Shown here: positions 23,573-37,729 of the stretch, piece after piece
How the letters are laid out: the number at the start of each line of letters is the position of its first letter
How positions within the stretch are numbered: the first letter of the stretch is position 1
Source of the DNA: Ginglymostoma cirratum
Taxonomy: Eukaryota
Assembly: GCA_024137785.1 (NCBI GenBank)
Contig: JAHRHZ010000009.1
Coordinates: 26,071,890-26,135,889 of the forward strand
Direction of reading: 5' to 3'
Length of the DNA: 64,000 nt
Notes under the pieces: model-generated
What the model was told of the DNA's origin: nothing
Database searches by the model: none
Seen by the model: the letters and a program-made list of their open reading frames with translations, nothing else
Position numbers and translations under genes: made by a program

Positions 23573-24179
23573 CTCTCAGCAGCACCTGTACAATATTATG
23601 CTTCTGTTCAGATGTGCTGTGGGTGCATTAATAAAGTTCATTTAAAGTTGCTTGAGGTTTTTAAATGCCTCGCAAAAGCACAAACCTTGCAGTTTCGCCT
23701 CATCCGCTTGATGATGGTTTCTCAATCAGATGTAATTAATGAATTGTGACAAAAAGACATTAATGCTAAGCAAAACTTTTGAGATATTTGTGCAAGCACT
23801 CAATCAATTGCTATAGTTTTAGTGGCAATGTAAACTAACTCGAAGAACCCAGAAATGTTGCAACCAAATATTAAGTGCTACTGGGAGCATATTGACGGAG
23901 GCCTACAGTGAATTTCTTGGCTAATTGTGTAATATTACATTTTCTCAGAAAATCAACATGCTAGTTTGTTAATGAGATGTAGTTTATTCTTTGTGTAATT
24001 ATATTTGGAGACATTGTAACCTAATTACGGAAACAAACAGTTCTGTACCTGAGTAAAAATGCCCAATTACACATAACGGAACTATTTTTCTCCAAGTCCA
24101 TGATTAATGCTCCTGTCTACATGACTCTACATTGATTTATTTTTCTCCGATGGCTATTGAGTATACCTTTCTAACTTAG

Positions 24180-24297
24180 GAGTAAATCACTCAACGACGT
24201 GTCTGAAGATTCCACTGGAATTCCTAAATCGCTGAGATATGAGGAGTTACAGAAAATGAAGGCTGCTCTGAAAGACCAAGACCAGCAATGGCAGAGT
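24180..24297 (+). CDS. LMO7: LMO7 exon (SKSLNDVSED...LRYEELQKMKAALKDQDQQWQS)
   Basis: ctaacttag|G...AGT|gtgagt, 118 nt, phase 2-0; conserved coiled-coil region of LMO7/LIMCH1. Confidence 0.95.
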
Positions 24298-25049
24298 GTG
24301 AGTTGGGAACGGTCTCATTTCTTCACTTTCATTTTCAACATTCAATATCTACTACTTTGCCAATCATTTTTTAGCTTATGGCTTTTTAAATGTCATTTGC
24401 AATTTTAAATTAGGTTCTTAATCATGACAAATTGTAATCACACCCACTGGCATATTTTCATTGTTGGAAAAGATCCCATTGCACTTTGACAAGGGATGTG
24501 TGAGAAAAATGGACATGGGACAGTGATGGAGGAGGTTGATAAACCACTGTAAGCTTGTTGAGAGTTAGGTTTGTATGAGATTATGATGGAGAGCAGGGAG
24601 AGCAGGGAATTGGAGATGGGTGTATTCCAGCCAGTGAGAACTAGGTGGCTGAAGCCAAAAATGTAAGGAGGATTTTGTGAATTTATGTGAAGAAAAACCG
24701 CATAAGGGAGGGAAGGAACTTTTGATGAGATGCGTGTGATGCTTGTCATAGTTTGACAACATTTCCAAAGCACAGCATCATGAAATGCTGAGGCATGGTT
24801 CTGGGCTAAATTTGCTAATCTTAGTCATATTCACATCAATGAAAGACCAGGGAAATTGCCCACAAGGCAAGAATTGTTTGAGAAAGAATGCATTGCCAAA
24901 GGTGATAAAAATGCAGTGTAGGCAGAGTCTTGTGAACTGGTACTCTCCCCGCTGAGCTGTAATTGATAGGGTCCATAAGGGTGAGGGGCAAACCCAGGGA
25001 AAGATTTTTACAGTCTTCACCAAAAAAATAATTTTGACCATGTGTGCAC

Positions 25050-27370
25050 CTTGTGCTTAAGTGGTGCTACAGGAGGAGTCCATTCATCACACCATGTGCC
25101 TCTGGCTACCCACAAGAGCAACCCTGCTCATCTCTCACTGCTGCCTTCTCCCCGTAACCCCTCAATTTTTTTTTTCCTTCTCTCTCTTTTCAGGTACTTC
25201 TCCAATTCCTTTTGTAAGGCCACAATTGAAATTCCACCATATGTAGCACATTTCAGTTCTTAACCTACTGCGTGAAAACTAAAGGTTTTCCTCATCACTA
25301 TTGAATTTTCTGAGAATCACCTGAAATTGGTGATTTTTGGGTCTTCACCCTTCTGCCAACGTGAACAGTTTCTCCTGACCATCTCTGTCCGTCAGCTTGG
25401 AACAACAGTACTTAGTCTCCTCCAGGAAGTATTTTTTTTTTTGACTTTTTTTTCCCCCTTGGCACCATTTCCAGTGCCTTCAGATTCTTCCAAAAATTTG
25501 GGGCTCAGAATTGTTTACATTGGTTCAGCGTCTGCTGGAACAATGTTCTGTATGGGTTAGTCATAATTTCCTTGCATTTTGTACTTTGTCTCCATTTTTA
25601 AAGCCTAGAATATCATGCCTTTTTAACCAATTTTTCAACTGCCCTCTCACCTCCAACTTCTGTGCACACACATCCCCCCACACCCTCCTTAAAGTTGTGC
25701 CTATTATTTTCTAGTGCCCCTCCTTACTAGTTCTGCCAAAATATATCCCTTCACACTCCTGTGCATTACATTTTTACCTGCCTCTGTCCTCTTGAAGTCT
25801 GTGATAAACCTCCTCTCAGTTACCAGTGCTTCCAGGTTCTGTATTATCTATAAATTTTGAATTTGAACCATATGCATCTGTCTAAATCGTTTATGTATGG
25901 GATATAAAAGAGTGATCTGTGTACCAGTCCCTGAGGAAAGCCCACTGCTGTACCTTCCCTTAGTTTTTAACATTAACCATATTTTACTCATCAAGCTGAT
26001 CTGAATGAGTTGCCTTATGGTGATAGGTTGGGCCGACTGGGTTCATTTTCACTGGAGTTTAGAGGGAGGGTGACTTGATTGAACTGTGTAAGTTCACAAG
26101 GTGCATGGGGAAAGGACGTCTCTTCCTGTGCATTGAGCCCCGAACTAAGGGGGGCTGTTTTTAAAATTAGGGGCCGCCCTTTTAGGAAAGTGATCATGAG
26201 AATTTGTTTTTACGGTTCACGTGACTTTGGAACTCTCAGAAGATGGTGGATATGGGCCATTGAATATCTTTTAAAGCAGAATTAGATGGATTAGGCAAGG
26301 GAATCGAAGGTTATTCAGGTAGATGGGAATGTTGAATTCTAAACGCGATCTGATCAGTCATAATCTTCTGGAATGGTGGAGCAATCTTGAGGGGCCGAAT
26401 GGCCTACTTCTGTTCCTATTATGTATGTTTGTAACTTGGTTTCCCCATCAAAAAACTCAAACAAGTTAGTTAATCACTTTCTTTTCTGCAAATGACCCTG
26501 GCTTTTTAAAATTAATCTAAACTTGTCTACTTATCTGAGATTATTGTTTCTAAAAGTTTTTACACTGCCAAAATTGAGCTAACTGACTGGCTTGTAGTTG
26601 CTGGGTCTATCCTTGCACCCATTTTTGACCAAGAATGTAGAACTTGCAGTTCACCAGACCTTTGGTATAACTGCTGAATCTAAGACAGTTTGGATGATTA
26701 TAGCTCATGATTCCACAATTTTACATTTCGTTCTGAGTGTCCTCACGTGTAGCTCATCCATTCCTAGTGATTTACCAACTTTAATTACAAACAGCCTTTC
26801 TAAAACCTATTTGATCTACTGTTAGGCCACCCAGTGTTTCAACTATTTCCTCTTTTACAATGACTTCAGTAGTACCTTCTTCCTTGGTAAATTCATTTTG
26901 TACCTCAGCCATGCTCTCCACCTCCCTGAATAGATCTTCAGGATCCCTAATTGGCTCCATGCCTTCTCTTACTTCCTTTTTACAATTCGTATGCCTGTGG
27001 AGGACTTTTGGATTTCCTTTTCTGTTAGCTGCCTGTCTTTTCCCATGCACTGTCTGTGCTCCTGTCTGGTTTCCTGTTTTGTTTTTCCTCCAAACTTACT
27101 ATTTTCTGCCCAGATATTACTTAGACCGTTGCCCCTAATCTCAATGTTTACCTTTTCCATCAGGCAGTGAGCTTTGGCTTTGGTTGCCCTTTATCTTCCT
27201 CTAGAAATGTACTTCAGCTGTTACTGAACCGTCTATAATTTGAAGACAGCCCAGTGCACTTTCGCCATTGTTTAGTAACCTGATTCCACCTTACTGTGGC
27301 CAGGTCTGTTCTCGTTCCACTGAAATCAGTTCCTCCAGTTAAATTTTCTTTTACTCTGTATTGTCCGTTT
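25050..27370 (-). mobile_element. old fragmented CR1-like LINE, interrupted by a plus-strand CR1 3' fragment
   Basis: minus-strand peptides GNPKVLHRHTN..KKEVREGMEPIRD..ESMAEVQNE.FTKE typical of the CR1 EN-RT linker; boundaries approximate. Confidence 0.65.
26010..26430 (+). mobile_element. CR1-type LINE 3' fragment
   Basis: ttcactggagtttagagg...tttaaaattaggggccgcccttttagg...gaggggccgaatggcctact tail. Confidence 0.8.
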
Positions 27371-27917
27371 CCTTTTCTGTAAAGAGCCTGTTGGCTTTCA
27401 AGACACAGACTTTGCTGTGAAAGGTCAAAGTTTAGTTTCTGAAATGTTTGAAGATTTCATTTTTCATTTCAAACGTTATTTTTAAACTTCATTCTGGTTC
27501 TGACTGTATGCCTGTCAGTCTTAAAAGTTCCTGTTATTTTTTATGTTCTGAATGTTTGTATCGATGTTCTAAATATTTTGTCTTGATATACTCGCAATGT
27601 AAATGTTAGCCATATGTTTAAATTGCTGGTGTGGCATTACTCATCAGTAGATTCGTAGACTGTCTTTATTAAGAGTCTATGATCTACTTGTATCAATTAG
27701 TTTGTGTTCTGAAAGTCCAATACCAGCTTCAGCTGTGCTAAGGGAAAGCTTAGCCCAGATTTATAATAGAATATGAATAATGTGTTTGAGATTTTGAAAT
27801 GGAACAGAAACATGTGCATTTACATAGCTATAAATCTTCGTTCCTTGTAACTTTGCACTTCTGTTGCTAGAAATGCCGGTAACTTATTTTCATTTCGTTT
27901 CTACAATATGTGACTAG

Positions 27918-28060
27918 GACTTGGCAAAATGGAAGAATCGACGCAAAAGTTATACTTCAGACTTGCAGAGGAAGAAGGACGAAAGAGAAGAAATTGAGAA
28001 AATAACAAGTGGAGAGAATGCTAGACCCACAAAGACATTCAGACAGATGAGGGAAGAAAG
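27918..28060 (+). CDS. LMO7: LMO7 exon (DLAKWKNRRKSYTSDLQRKKDEREEIEK...KTFRQMREE)
   Basis: gactag|GAC...GAAAG|gtaact, 143 nt, phase 0-2; hallmark DLAKWKxRRKSYTSDLQ motif. Confidence 0.97.
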
Positions 28061-29538
28061 GTAACTCTGGAGTTTTTTAATGTTCTCCATTGCTCTAGTA
28101 AACCTGTGTAATGGTGAAGGATCTTGCTAATTGGTTCTGCAGCTGGCCCACAGTCCCATTTGTTTTGTATTCGGGGATATACTGAAATTGCCTTCCATTT
28201 GTTGACTGCAGATATCTAGAACTGTTTCAGCCAGTTTCTGAGGGAACAAAAGAATAGATCATTGATCTTGATTTTTCTTAATAGCACAGATGGTGTGACG
28301 ATAAAAAGGTATTCTTTTGGAATCAATGATGGTGACCCAGATTTTGTGGCCGTAAGAGGACAAGTTGGGGGAGTGTGGTACAGTTTATAGGATAGAATCA
28401 TGGAGTCCCTACAGTGCAGAAAAAGGTCATTTGGCCCATTGACTCTCAACGACCTGCCAAAGTCCAATTTTTTGATGCATTAATGGAATGGGATGTCAGA
28501 GAAATGCGCAATGTATATATGTATGTAATCAGCATGAAAATTTTAAACAATTTTGTAATCTTAATGATTGATTTAATCTTTCCAAGAAAAATTAAGCCTC
28601 ATTCCAATTTTGACGTTTTGAGTTGACATTCCACTGTAATTGGGTGTTTTTAAGCAGTATGAATATGTAGTACCCAAATGATTGCACTGAATTTCCATGC
28701 TAATTCTATGCTGTATCAATTGGTCATAGCAAAATAAAAGTTTAGTTGAGAGTGATGTCAGTTACATGTGTATAAGACTGAAGACTCTGGAATGTCTTAG
28801 TTTATTACTGGTAAAATGATGCTTTCTAAGTATTTACAATGCCGGGATTTTGATCAAGCTGTATAAAGATCTGAAGTGACTGCAGTAGAGCTCAATTTTC
28901 ATAATATTTTCCCCTGAAGCAGGTGAGACCATTGTTGTATCCAGGACCATGGTAGCTCATTAGAAATTTTGATTCTACTGATTTGTACAAGCATGTTTTA
29001 AGAAAAAATGATGGTGTGCGCAGAATTATTTGGTTCATGTCGTTAAACAGCATGAGGAATGTTAGGTGAACAAAACAGCATGCTTTCAAACGAAATCTGG
29101 AGTGTTTTTATCTGTATTTAAAATACTTTTGAGCATCACTCATTCAAGCATAAAGTTTAACAGATGTAAAAGAAATGTACAGTCGCATTCTTTTAGGAGT
29201 GGAGTTCATTTCCTGAGAGAGACATCGGATGTGCAATCCCTTTATCTTTTAAATTCAAAGTATGCAGCAAGTTGAGGAAATTGATCTTTAGTATTGTTGC
29301 TGAATATATCAGGAAAACAAGAAATGTAAAGTTTCTGCGGTTGGGGGTTGGGATTGAAATACAACACTAATTATCTTGAAGCTGACTAGATTTCCAGTTT
29401 GTAAAAGTTGTACTCCAGCATAGAAATTACAGCCTAATAAAGTAGCTTCGCAGAGCCACACCTACTTATCATCTCAGTTTCACATTCACTCTAATTAGGT
29501 GTTTCTGTTCTTTTCTTTAATTCCCCTCTCCCTCACAG

Positions 29539-29974
29539 AGAGCTCAGACAGGAGGGATCATATGGCGGTGACCAAACTGATTACAGAAAGCTCAACTCTT
29601 CTGACGAAGAAGTGTTTGCTGAAGAGACAAATCCCCCAAGACGTATTTACGCAAGGAGCTCTACAGTGGCGAGTGAAACCCCTTTCACTTCCCAGAGGAA
29701 TGAGGTGGTTTCCTCAGCACCTCCATCTCAAGCCTCAAAGAGCAAGACAGCATCAGAATTGAAAAGCACAGACAACGATCAGTCAGGAAAGCAAAGCTCT
29801 GCTCCCTTCTATGCCCGCCATGCAATGGATCGCAAAACTGAATCAACCAAGGTTTCAAATTCTCTGCCGAGGAATTACCAAGCGCCTGATGTATCCAGGA
29901 TTGGACCTGTTGTCGTGCCAAGACCCTATGGCACACAATCTAAAAGACTCTCCTCCCTCACTAGATCTTATCCG
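29539..29974 (+). CDS. LMO7: LMO7 exon (ELRQEG...VSNSLPRNYQAPDVSRIGPVVVPRPYGTQSKRLSSLTRSYP)
   Basis: ctcacag|A...CCG|gtaagt, 436 nt, phase 2-0; SLPR.Y..VV.PRP[FY]G.Q..SSL.RSY conserved. Confidence 0.93.
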
Positions 29975-32372
29975 GTAAGTTTTATTCTGGATGAATCCTA
30001 TGGGTTTACTTAAGTAAACTGTTTCAGGGTTGTTTCTGGTTGAGTTAAGACAATTAGGCTGGTGGTTTTTTTTCCCCCCATCAGATATGCTCACGATTTC
30101 AAGTTGCAGGTGCCCTGGTTAGTTATCAATAATAAACCAGTTTTCTTTGGATCTAGAACATTACATTCTCTTTGTGCATTCTGCTTTACGTATTTTAACA
30201 CTGGTGAAAAATATAGACAAGCTGTAATCCACTCTTTTAGATTTGCTTTTTAGACAAGACAATACAGACATTTGAGGATTTTTTTTTGCCTTCAGAAGCA
30301 GGAAAAGTGGCAGAAGTTTGAACCCATTTTTGCAACACTTTTTGTGCGGAACTATAGACTACCACCCAGTTTTAGTTTTCACGGTTGGCATTATGCGCAA
30401 AGTCTATTTAAGTTGTAACAGTGTATGTAAACCGACACCATTGTGACATTTCAGCATGTAACCCAAGAACGAAATACTACTAAAAATTCAGTAGGAAGCA
30501 TTGTAAAGCGAACTGACCGGTTAACATTTTGAGTGCTGATCCTTTACAAACTCCAGCATTTTCCGTTTTTTGCTTCAGATGTCCAGCACCTATATGGTTT
30601 TTTAATTATTTTATTTGTATTTCAAATAGTAGCTTAATTTTGGAAGCAAAGAGAGGGTGGCATGTAAACTTTGAATTGCATTTTTTAGAATTGGTGCCCA
30701 CGAATTCCAGGCTTTTCTCTGTTGCCAGTCTTCTCTGGTGCTATACTGAGAGTGATGGCTTTAGCATCTGTGGATGCCAGAGGGTGCAGTCAGCATGCTA
30801 TTTTTATACTGAGTGTGAAGTGCTGCACTGTGTCACACATCAATAACAAATCTCTCATTTCTGTGTTGATATATTCTGATAGAAAAAGAATCGAGTGAAG
30901 TGTTAAGCTCATGCCTCGTAGCATCAACAATGCATCTCTTTAGTGTGCCATTCTTTTAATGAGGTGCTTTTGCTCTATCTCAGTTTTAGTCAGCTATTAC
31001 TTGCCTTCAATTAATGTCTCATTCTATTTTAATGCAACATATCAATTTAAGATAGTTGAGTATTGGTTACAAAAAAAGTCCTGGCAGTTCACAGCTTTAA
31101 CTCCTGCATGACCGTAATGTGTACGATGGTAACAAGCATACTGGCGTGTGAATGTGCAAATATTTTACTTTGAGGGTGGGGTCAAGATGAGGCCTTCTAT
31201 TTTCTTTTGTGGGCTGCCAGCTGGAATGCAAGCTATTTGCTAAATTAAGAACTTTTGAGTGTTATAATCGTGAACCACAATATGCCGCCTCCCTTTTCAG
31301 GCTAAGTTAATTAACGTTTTCCAGAATGACCTATTTTGATTCCCTGTAATAAATGCTCAAGCAGTTGGTTGATCTGTCTGATTTTAACTCTGCTTGTTGC
31401 ATTATCAGATAACTGTAGCCTCACAATGCACATTCATGTTGCTGAAATTGAGTTGAATGTTTGTTTTGCTTTGGTTTTAAGTTTAAGCATGTGCAGATCT
31501 TGGCAAAGCTGAGAACAGATTGCAATGATCTTTTATTGGTAAAGGCTGCTTCTCGCTTAGTTTAAGCTGAAGGCACTGAAGTTTAGCAGTTGCATTGGTT
31601 TCTTGAAGCTGTAGTGGTGTGATTTGACCCATATTTGTAGCAGGGAAAACAATTGGGAGTTACAGGAGTAGCAAGGATAACATCTTCAAAGTGCACTGCT
31701 TTAATACAATGATTCTTCATATCTCAAAGATCCCAAAGAGTGGGTTAAAAAAAATCTGTGCAAGTCACATCTTTAGATAAGCTTTAGATGTCTCAATAAA
31801 CGTCAGTGTTTGCCTTGCTATCAAATGCAATCACTTATTTTGGTCCTGGACCTTTTACTGTATATGTATTGTTGTATCATGGTGTGAGTAATAACTAGGA
31901 TTTTGGAATAAAATTAGGATTGGTTCTGCATTTAGCACATGAGTGGTCGTCGAAGTCATCATTGTGCGACTTGTCAAAAGATGTTTCTGTTGGTGTTTGG
32001 TGACAGGAGTGTTAGGCTTGTTTATGAAGTTTCCTGTTGTTGAATAGCTTTGGAAAATGCACCACCTTGATAATGTGCGACCATTGATCACTTTGTTGAA
32101 TAAATGAAGCTCGATTAGTGACACAGACATGCACCTCAGTAATAGTTAATAGAAGGGAATACTCTCTTTAGCTCCTTTGTACTTGTTATCTGAGTAGTGC
32201 CATTTACTTCCTGGATTATTATAGACTTCACTGGTCTTTCAACTCCCTTTCTGAATTCTATTAATCAAACGTATCTATTACTGTCAAGAGTCCATGTGGT
32301 GTATTCTGTTGAGTCTCTTCCATTGGATCCGTTATGTTTATGAACGATACTTTTGATTTGTTTGGTTTTCAG

Positions 32373-32834
32373 TTACAAGATGAATCGCTTAAATATAATG
32401 GAGATGCAAATGGCCTAAAAACCTCCCGGGGAGCACCAAGTTTCTTTTCCAAGCCAGAAGCACAAGAATCCAAGAACAGTCGTGGGGTCTTGCCAAAGAA
32501 AGAAGAGAGAGCTACGTGGGTCAACACTTCCTGGAAAATGGAGGAAAAGAGATCAGTGCCGGTCAATCGTTCTTCAAAATCAGAAAATGATGTGTATGCG
32601 AGAAGCAATGTTTTATCAAAGCAAGATGATGATGACCAATCACAGGCCAGTTCTGTAATGAGTAGTAATGAGGAAGAGGAGGAGGAAGAACAAGAAGGGG
32701 CTCCATCTCTTATTAAGAATAACTTTCCCCAAGAATCAAAACCTGACACTACTTCTGGCCCAGGAACAATGAATTCTTTTACAGAAACAAGCAGCTTGCC
32801 TACAGCCCCGGTTACCACAGCAGCCGCGCAACAG
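32373..32834 (+). CDS. LMO7: LMO7 exon (LQDESLKYNGD...acidic EEEEEEEQE tract...AAAQQ)
   Basis: ttttcag|TTA...CAG|gtaagt, 462 nt, phase 0-0; KYNGD motif. Confidence 0.9.
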
Positions 32835-33322
32835 GTAAGTCTGATAAGTAGGTTACTCTGCGCATTTGAAATCTGTCTGGTAATATAATAGCCTCTCTTG
32901 ACTGCTCATACACCGTTTTTTTCAAAAAAAATCCTCTTAGACTAATTACTCTGCAATTAATTAACCCCCAAATGATCTATCAGTGTATAAAGAAAGTACT
33001 AAAATGCACAACAAAACCTATTCTTCATAACTGCCTGACTGAGCCCTTTCCCTCCACTGGATGTCTGTAACTGGGAAAATAGCAGCCAGAAACTAGGTTT
33101 TGTCATTTGGGAATAGTTCGTGTTTTTTTTTGTAGCCCTCGAACCGTTCATCCTGGCTCATTTAGAGAGTGTTCCTGGACATTCCAGTCATGCCTAGGGT
33201 TGTTTGCTGGTGTCACAGAAAAGATCAATTAGATTGATTGATTTATTGGATTGCTTTTCCAGGGGGCAGTAATGATGGCTGTTCTTGTATTGTGGGTTTT
33301 ATGAATTTTACTTTCCTTTCAG

Positions 33323-33437
33323 AGACAGTACAGTCACACGCGAATAGTTATTAATCAGAGGCCGAACAGTGATCGTGACTTTGGATTCACAACCATTTGG
33401 AACTCTACGGGTATAACTGTCAAATCAGTCGAACGAG
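33323..33437 (+). CDS. LMO7: LMO7 PDZ domain, first exon (RQYSHTRIVINQRPNSDRDFGFTTIWNSTGITVKSVER)
   Basis: cctttcag|AGA...CGAG|gtaatt, 115 nt, phase 0-1; DFGF carboxylate-binding loop. Confidence 0.95.
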
Positions 33438-34999
33438 GTAATTGGTTTTTTTTTAAATTGTAATGTACACTTTGGCATTGTCTTGGACCTTGAATCTGTA
33501 GTATCTGGATTTCATGTCTCTTGTACTGTGACTGTAGCAACAGTCACGCTGGTTTTAGCTGATGGCCATGAATGATTTATGCTGTGCTGGCCGGAAGGTC
33601 ATTTTCCCCTATAGAATTCTAATTTAACCAAAACACGTTGGAGAAAACCAATCAAGTGAAGTTACGTCTGTATTTTGGCATGCAAAGGGAATTGTTCCAC
33701 AGTTCCATTTCTTTTTATGGAATAAAATATTTTATCTCTCATTGAATGATTTAACTTTTTATGTGGCTTGTTTGCTTGCGACCTCTTTGCAAACCCTAAT
33801 TTTTCAACAGCTCTATGCAGACTTACATAATTTTCACGTAACTTGTTCTGCAAAAGTTACTGTCACACCCTTATCGACTTATGTTTCCATTCTCTGAGAC
33901 AGTCTTGGGAAGCATTCTTCTTTTGAATGCTTATTGGCAGAGGTGTAATGAGGTAATATTGGAAAATGGATGTTTTGTTTCATATGTTAATGTATTCTGT
34001 GTACATTTTTAAAAACGTAACTAGACTGGCCTATTTAATTTCTGAGGGTCTGCTAGTTTTGGTAGCTACAGTAACAAACTCAAATTTTGCTTTTCATATT
34101 TGCGCAGTGCAGATACCCTTAGAATGTGAGTGGTTAAAATAGGCCAGCCTAGTTGTTTTGTACAATGCATTCTGGCAACCTCCCATCTGGATCAGCTGAA
34201 GAGTAATTGAGTTCACAGGATCGTATCAGTCCATAAAAATCTGAAATAATTATCCTCTACTTGGGGCTGGATTATACATTTGAGGGCAGGCTTCCCACAG
34301 CCCACTTTAATGTTTGGCTGACTGCCCTTTAATTGGTGTGAGGTTTGTCTTTTAACCCTCTCCAGGAGGAAGTCCCACCTTGTGGAGCTTCTGGCCAATC
34401 AGAGATAGCGGCTTGACAATACCAGCAGCCTGCTGGGAGCAGTGGCTCGTCTTGCATTGGAAAAGTGGTCAGCAGTAGACCAAATTAAATGTGGGACATT
34501 CATACCTCTCCAGGAGGTGGTACAGGTTCTCTGAGCAGCCATCTATTCGGAGGTCTAAGCTCGTGTGTCCCAATAGGACCACTGCTGCTTGTATTTTCTA
34601 CTACCAGGAGATCTAATGTTGTGGTCTGCCACACTCCCCTGTTTTGAGCCATCCTCGCACATTTATTGTAGCTCATTACAACTGCTCTTGAGAAGTCATC
34701 TTTTATCAGTTTTCCGTTGTTTGCAGTGTCACGTTCATAGTCTAATAAATAACTCCTAATCAGGAATTAATTAACTTCCATTGGTTAGTTTACTTAAAAA
34801 TAGTTATGAGGCAGACAATGCAACAAGGCAGCTTTTGTGTGTAATTTACAAACCCAAGGCAAAGTCGCAACATTGTCTACATATATGCATTGAGTTCTTA
34901 AAGATGAATTCTCTTAATGCTAAAGTACACGTTACAACAGAGGGAGTGGGTTTTTTTGTAGTTAGTGCATCATGTGGATAAACGGCACAAGTACAGGTT

Positions 35000-37160
35000 A
35001 ACTGCTGTGATCTTGTGGCATTTATGGAGGCATGGTTACAAAGAGATCAAAACTGGGAACTAAATATTCAGGGATATATGACTGAAAGGAGAGGCAGGAA
35101 GCAAATGGTGGTTGAGTAGCATTGTTACTAGGAGGTGGAATAATTATGGTAGCAAGAAGTGATCTTGGATCAGAAGACATAGACTCCAAAAGGGCAGTGG
35201 TAAGCAATAAAAAAGGAAAGACGACACTGGTAGAAGAAATCTCTAGGCCTCCAAACGAGATGGATGGTTGGACAGAGAATAAATTGGGCAAGAATGAAGG
35301 CAGTACCTTAATCATGGGTGACTTTGGCCTTCATGTAGATTGGGATAGTCAGATTGGCAGAGGCACCTTTGAGGAAGAATTCATAATGCATTAAACACTG
35401 TTTCTTTAGAACAAAATGTCAGCCTAACCAGGGATCTTGCCATTTCGAACCTGGTGATATGTAATAAGGTAGGCTTAATAAATGATGTCAGAATAAAAGA
35501 TCCCCAAGGAAACAGTGATCCTAACATGGTAGAATTTAGCATTCAATTTGACAGGAAGGAACTTTGATTAGAAACTACTGTGCTAAATTTAAATTAGGGT
35601 AATTAAAAAGGAATGAGGCCAAAACTTGCTAGAGTTCAGCAGTAAAGATGGTTGAGGGACAATGGCAGATCTTTAAGAAAATAGTTCATGGCTCACAGCT
35701 AAGTGAAATTCCAGTGAGGAAGACGAATTTTAGGAAGGGGGTAAGCTAACCTTGGTTAAGCTGGGAAAGTAACAGTTTGATCAAATTGAAAGAAAAAAAA
35801 CAAACAATGTGGCAAAGGTTAGTGGTAAGCTTAGACAGTTGGGAAAGTTTTCTTAAAAATTAATAAAAGATGACTGAAAAAGGAGAAAATAACCTTTTGG
35901 GTGTTAACTTATAAGCAATATCAAGATGGATAGCAAGAGCTTTTTATTTAAACAAAAAAGAGCTTCATTTTGTGAAGGGGAAATCATGCCTGACTAGAAT
36001 TCTTTGGGGAGGTAACAAACAGGGTGAATAAAGGAGATACATTGGATGTAATATATTTGGACTTACAGAGGCATTTGAGAATGTGCCACACATTAATCTA
36101 CTTAACAAGTTAAGAATCCGGGATGATGAATGGATGGAGGATCAGCTAACAAACAGAACTGGGGTAACAGAGTCGTTTTTAGTATGGTGTTAATAGTTAG
36201 GTGCCAGAGAGATCAATGCTGCAGCCACAATTCACATTATGTATAGACTTTGGTGAGGAAAGTGAACTTACTGTAGCCAAGTTTGTGGATGACACAAAAA
36301 TAGGTGGAAAAGTAAGTGGTGAGAATGGCACAGAATCTGCAGAGGGATATAGGCAGCTAAAGTGAGTGGCCAAAAATTTTGGCAGATGGTATATACAATG
36401 TGGAAGAAAAATGTGAGGTTCTGCAGAATGAATAGAGGACCTGAATATTAAATGGAGAAAGACTACAGAAACCTACAGAGCAGAGTGATTTGGAAGTCCT
36501 CATGCATATATCAAAAAACTAACATTTAAGTTCAGTGGGTTATAGGGAAGGCAAATGGAATGTTGGCTTTTATTTCAAAGGGAATGGAGTACTGCATAAA
36601 AGTAGAGAGGTTTTGCTTAAACTACACGTCATACTAGTTAGATCAAAGCTGGAATGGTGTGAAAAAAGTCAAAAGAAAGTGGCCTTGAGTCGCATTGGAG
36701 GCACTGCAGAGAACATTCACTTGGCTGATACCAGGTATGGAGGGACTGTCTTTATGAAAAGAGATTGCGTAGGTTGGGCATGTTCTTGGAATTTAGAAGA
36801 ATGAGAGGCAGCCTTATTAAGAATGCATGTTTCTTAGGAGACTTGTCAGGATGCGTGTGGAAAGATTGCCTACCCTTGTAGGACCAGAGGGCATAAGCTG
36901 TGTATTTAAGAGAGATGAGAAGGAATTTTGTGTCTCAACAGTTCGTGAATCTGTGGAATTCTTTACTGCAGAAGGCCATCAAGACGAGGTTGCTAAATAT
37001 ATTCAAGATTGAGACAGATTTCTAATCAGTAAAGGAATTGAGAATTGTAAAAAAGCAGCGAAGTGAAGTTGATGACGATTAGATCAGCCACAGTCTTAAT
37101 TGTATAGCAGAGCAGAATCAATGGGCTAAAGAGTCTGCTCCTACGTCTTATGGTCTTATC
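35000..37160 (+). mobile_element. decayed, internally deleted CR1-type LINE (APE endonuclease and RT remnants)
   Basis: LIMGDF..HVDW (APE), GKSCLT, KFVDDTKIGG, WQM remnants; tail cttatggtcttat. Confidence 0.9.
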
Positions 37161-37567
37161 TTTCACCCTTACACACTTACTTTTGGCTACCTCCTGATCA
37201 TCTGCTATTGTTTATCTTAAAGAGCTTCATTTGTGTAGGTTAATCATTGATAGTCGTTGTCAAATTTTAATATCAAATGGTGGGTAAGTGCATTAAATTA
37301 TGGAAAATGAATTAATTGTGAATTATTATTCATGAAATTTGAATGGGGCAATTAAGGAAATTGAGATTAAGTGGATTTACAAACTGTTCCAAATAGTTAG
37401 ATTTTCATCCAGAGATCACATGTGGTTGTTTTTATTTTGTGCTGCTTTTTGGTAAGCCAACAAAAAGAAAAATATCTTTCCAAGCATTGTGGCAGAAATA
37501 GACTTTATTTTACTTTTTAAAAACTGCATTGGTCAAGAAAGGCTTTTACTTGTCTTTGCATTGACAG

Positions 37568-37729
37568 GGGGACCAGCAGAATTTTGCCAATTGCAAGTGG
37601 GTGATGAAATCATTTCTATTAATGGTAATGATGTAGCTGACATGAGCCACCGGGCTTGGGTGGAAGCCATGGAGGACGCAAACCAGAGCGGAAACCTGAA
37701 CATGGAAATCAGAAGATATGAGAACAGTC
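37568..37729 (+). CDS. LMO7: LMO7 PDZ domain, second exon (GPAEFCQLQVGDEIISINGNDV...LNMEIRRYENS)
   Basis: ttgacag|GG...AGTC|gtaagt, 162 nt, phase 1-1; PA...LQVGDEI..ING PDZ signature. Confidence 0.97.

Noticed and set aside
11776-32818. Long minus-strand ORFs (11776-12321, 15470-15796, 29685-29936, 32369-32818) as antisense genes
   Set aside because: They overlap LMO7 exons or repeats on the opposite strand, have no recognisable domains, and are best explained as shadow frames.
34262-34620. Putative MITE-like repeats beginning gggctggatt (similar GC-richer patches near 750-1150, 16709 and 37850-38500)
   Set aside because: Probably old non-autonomous DNA transposon remnants, but I could not pair TIRs or TSDs, so they were not called.
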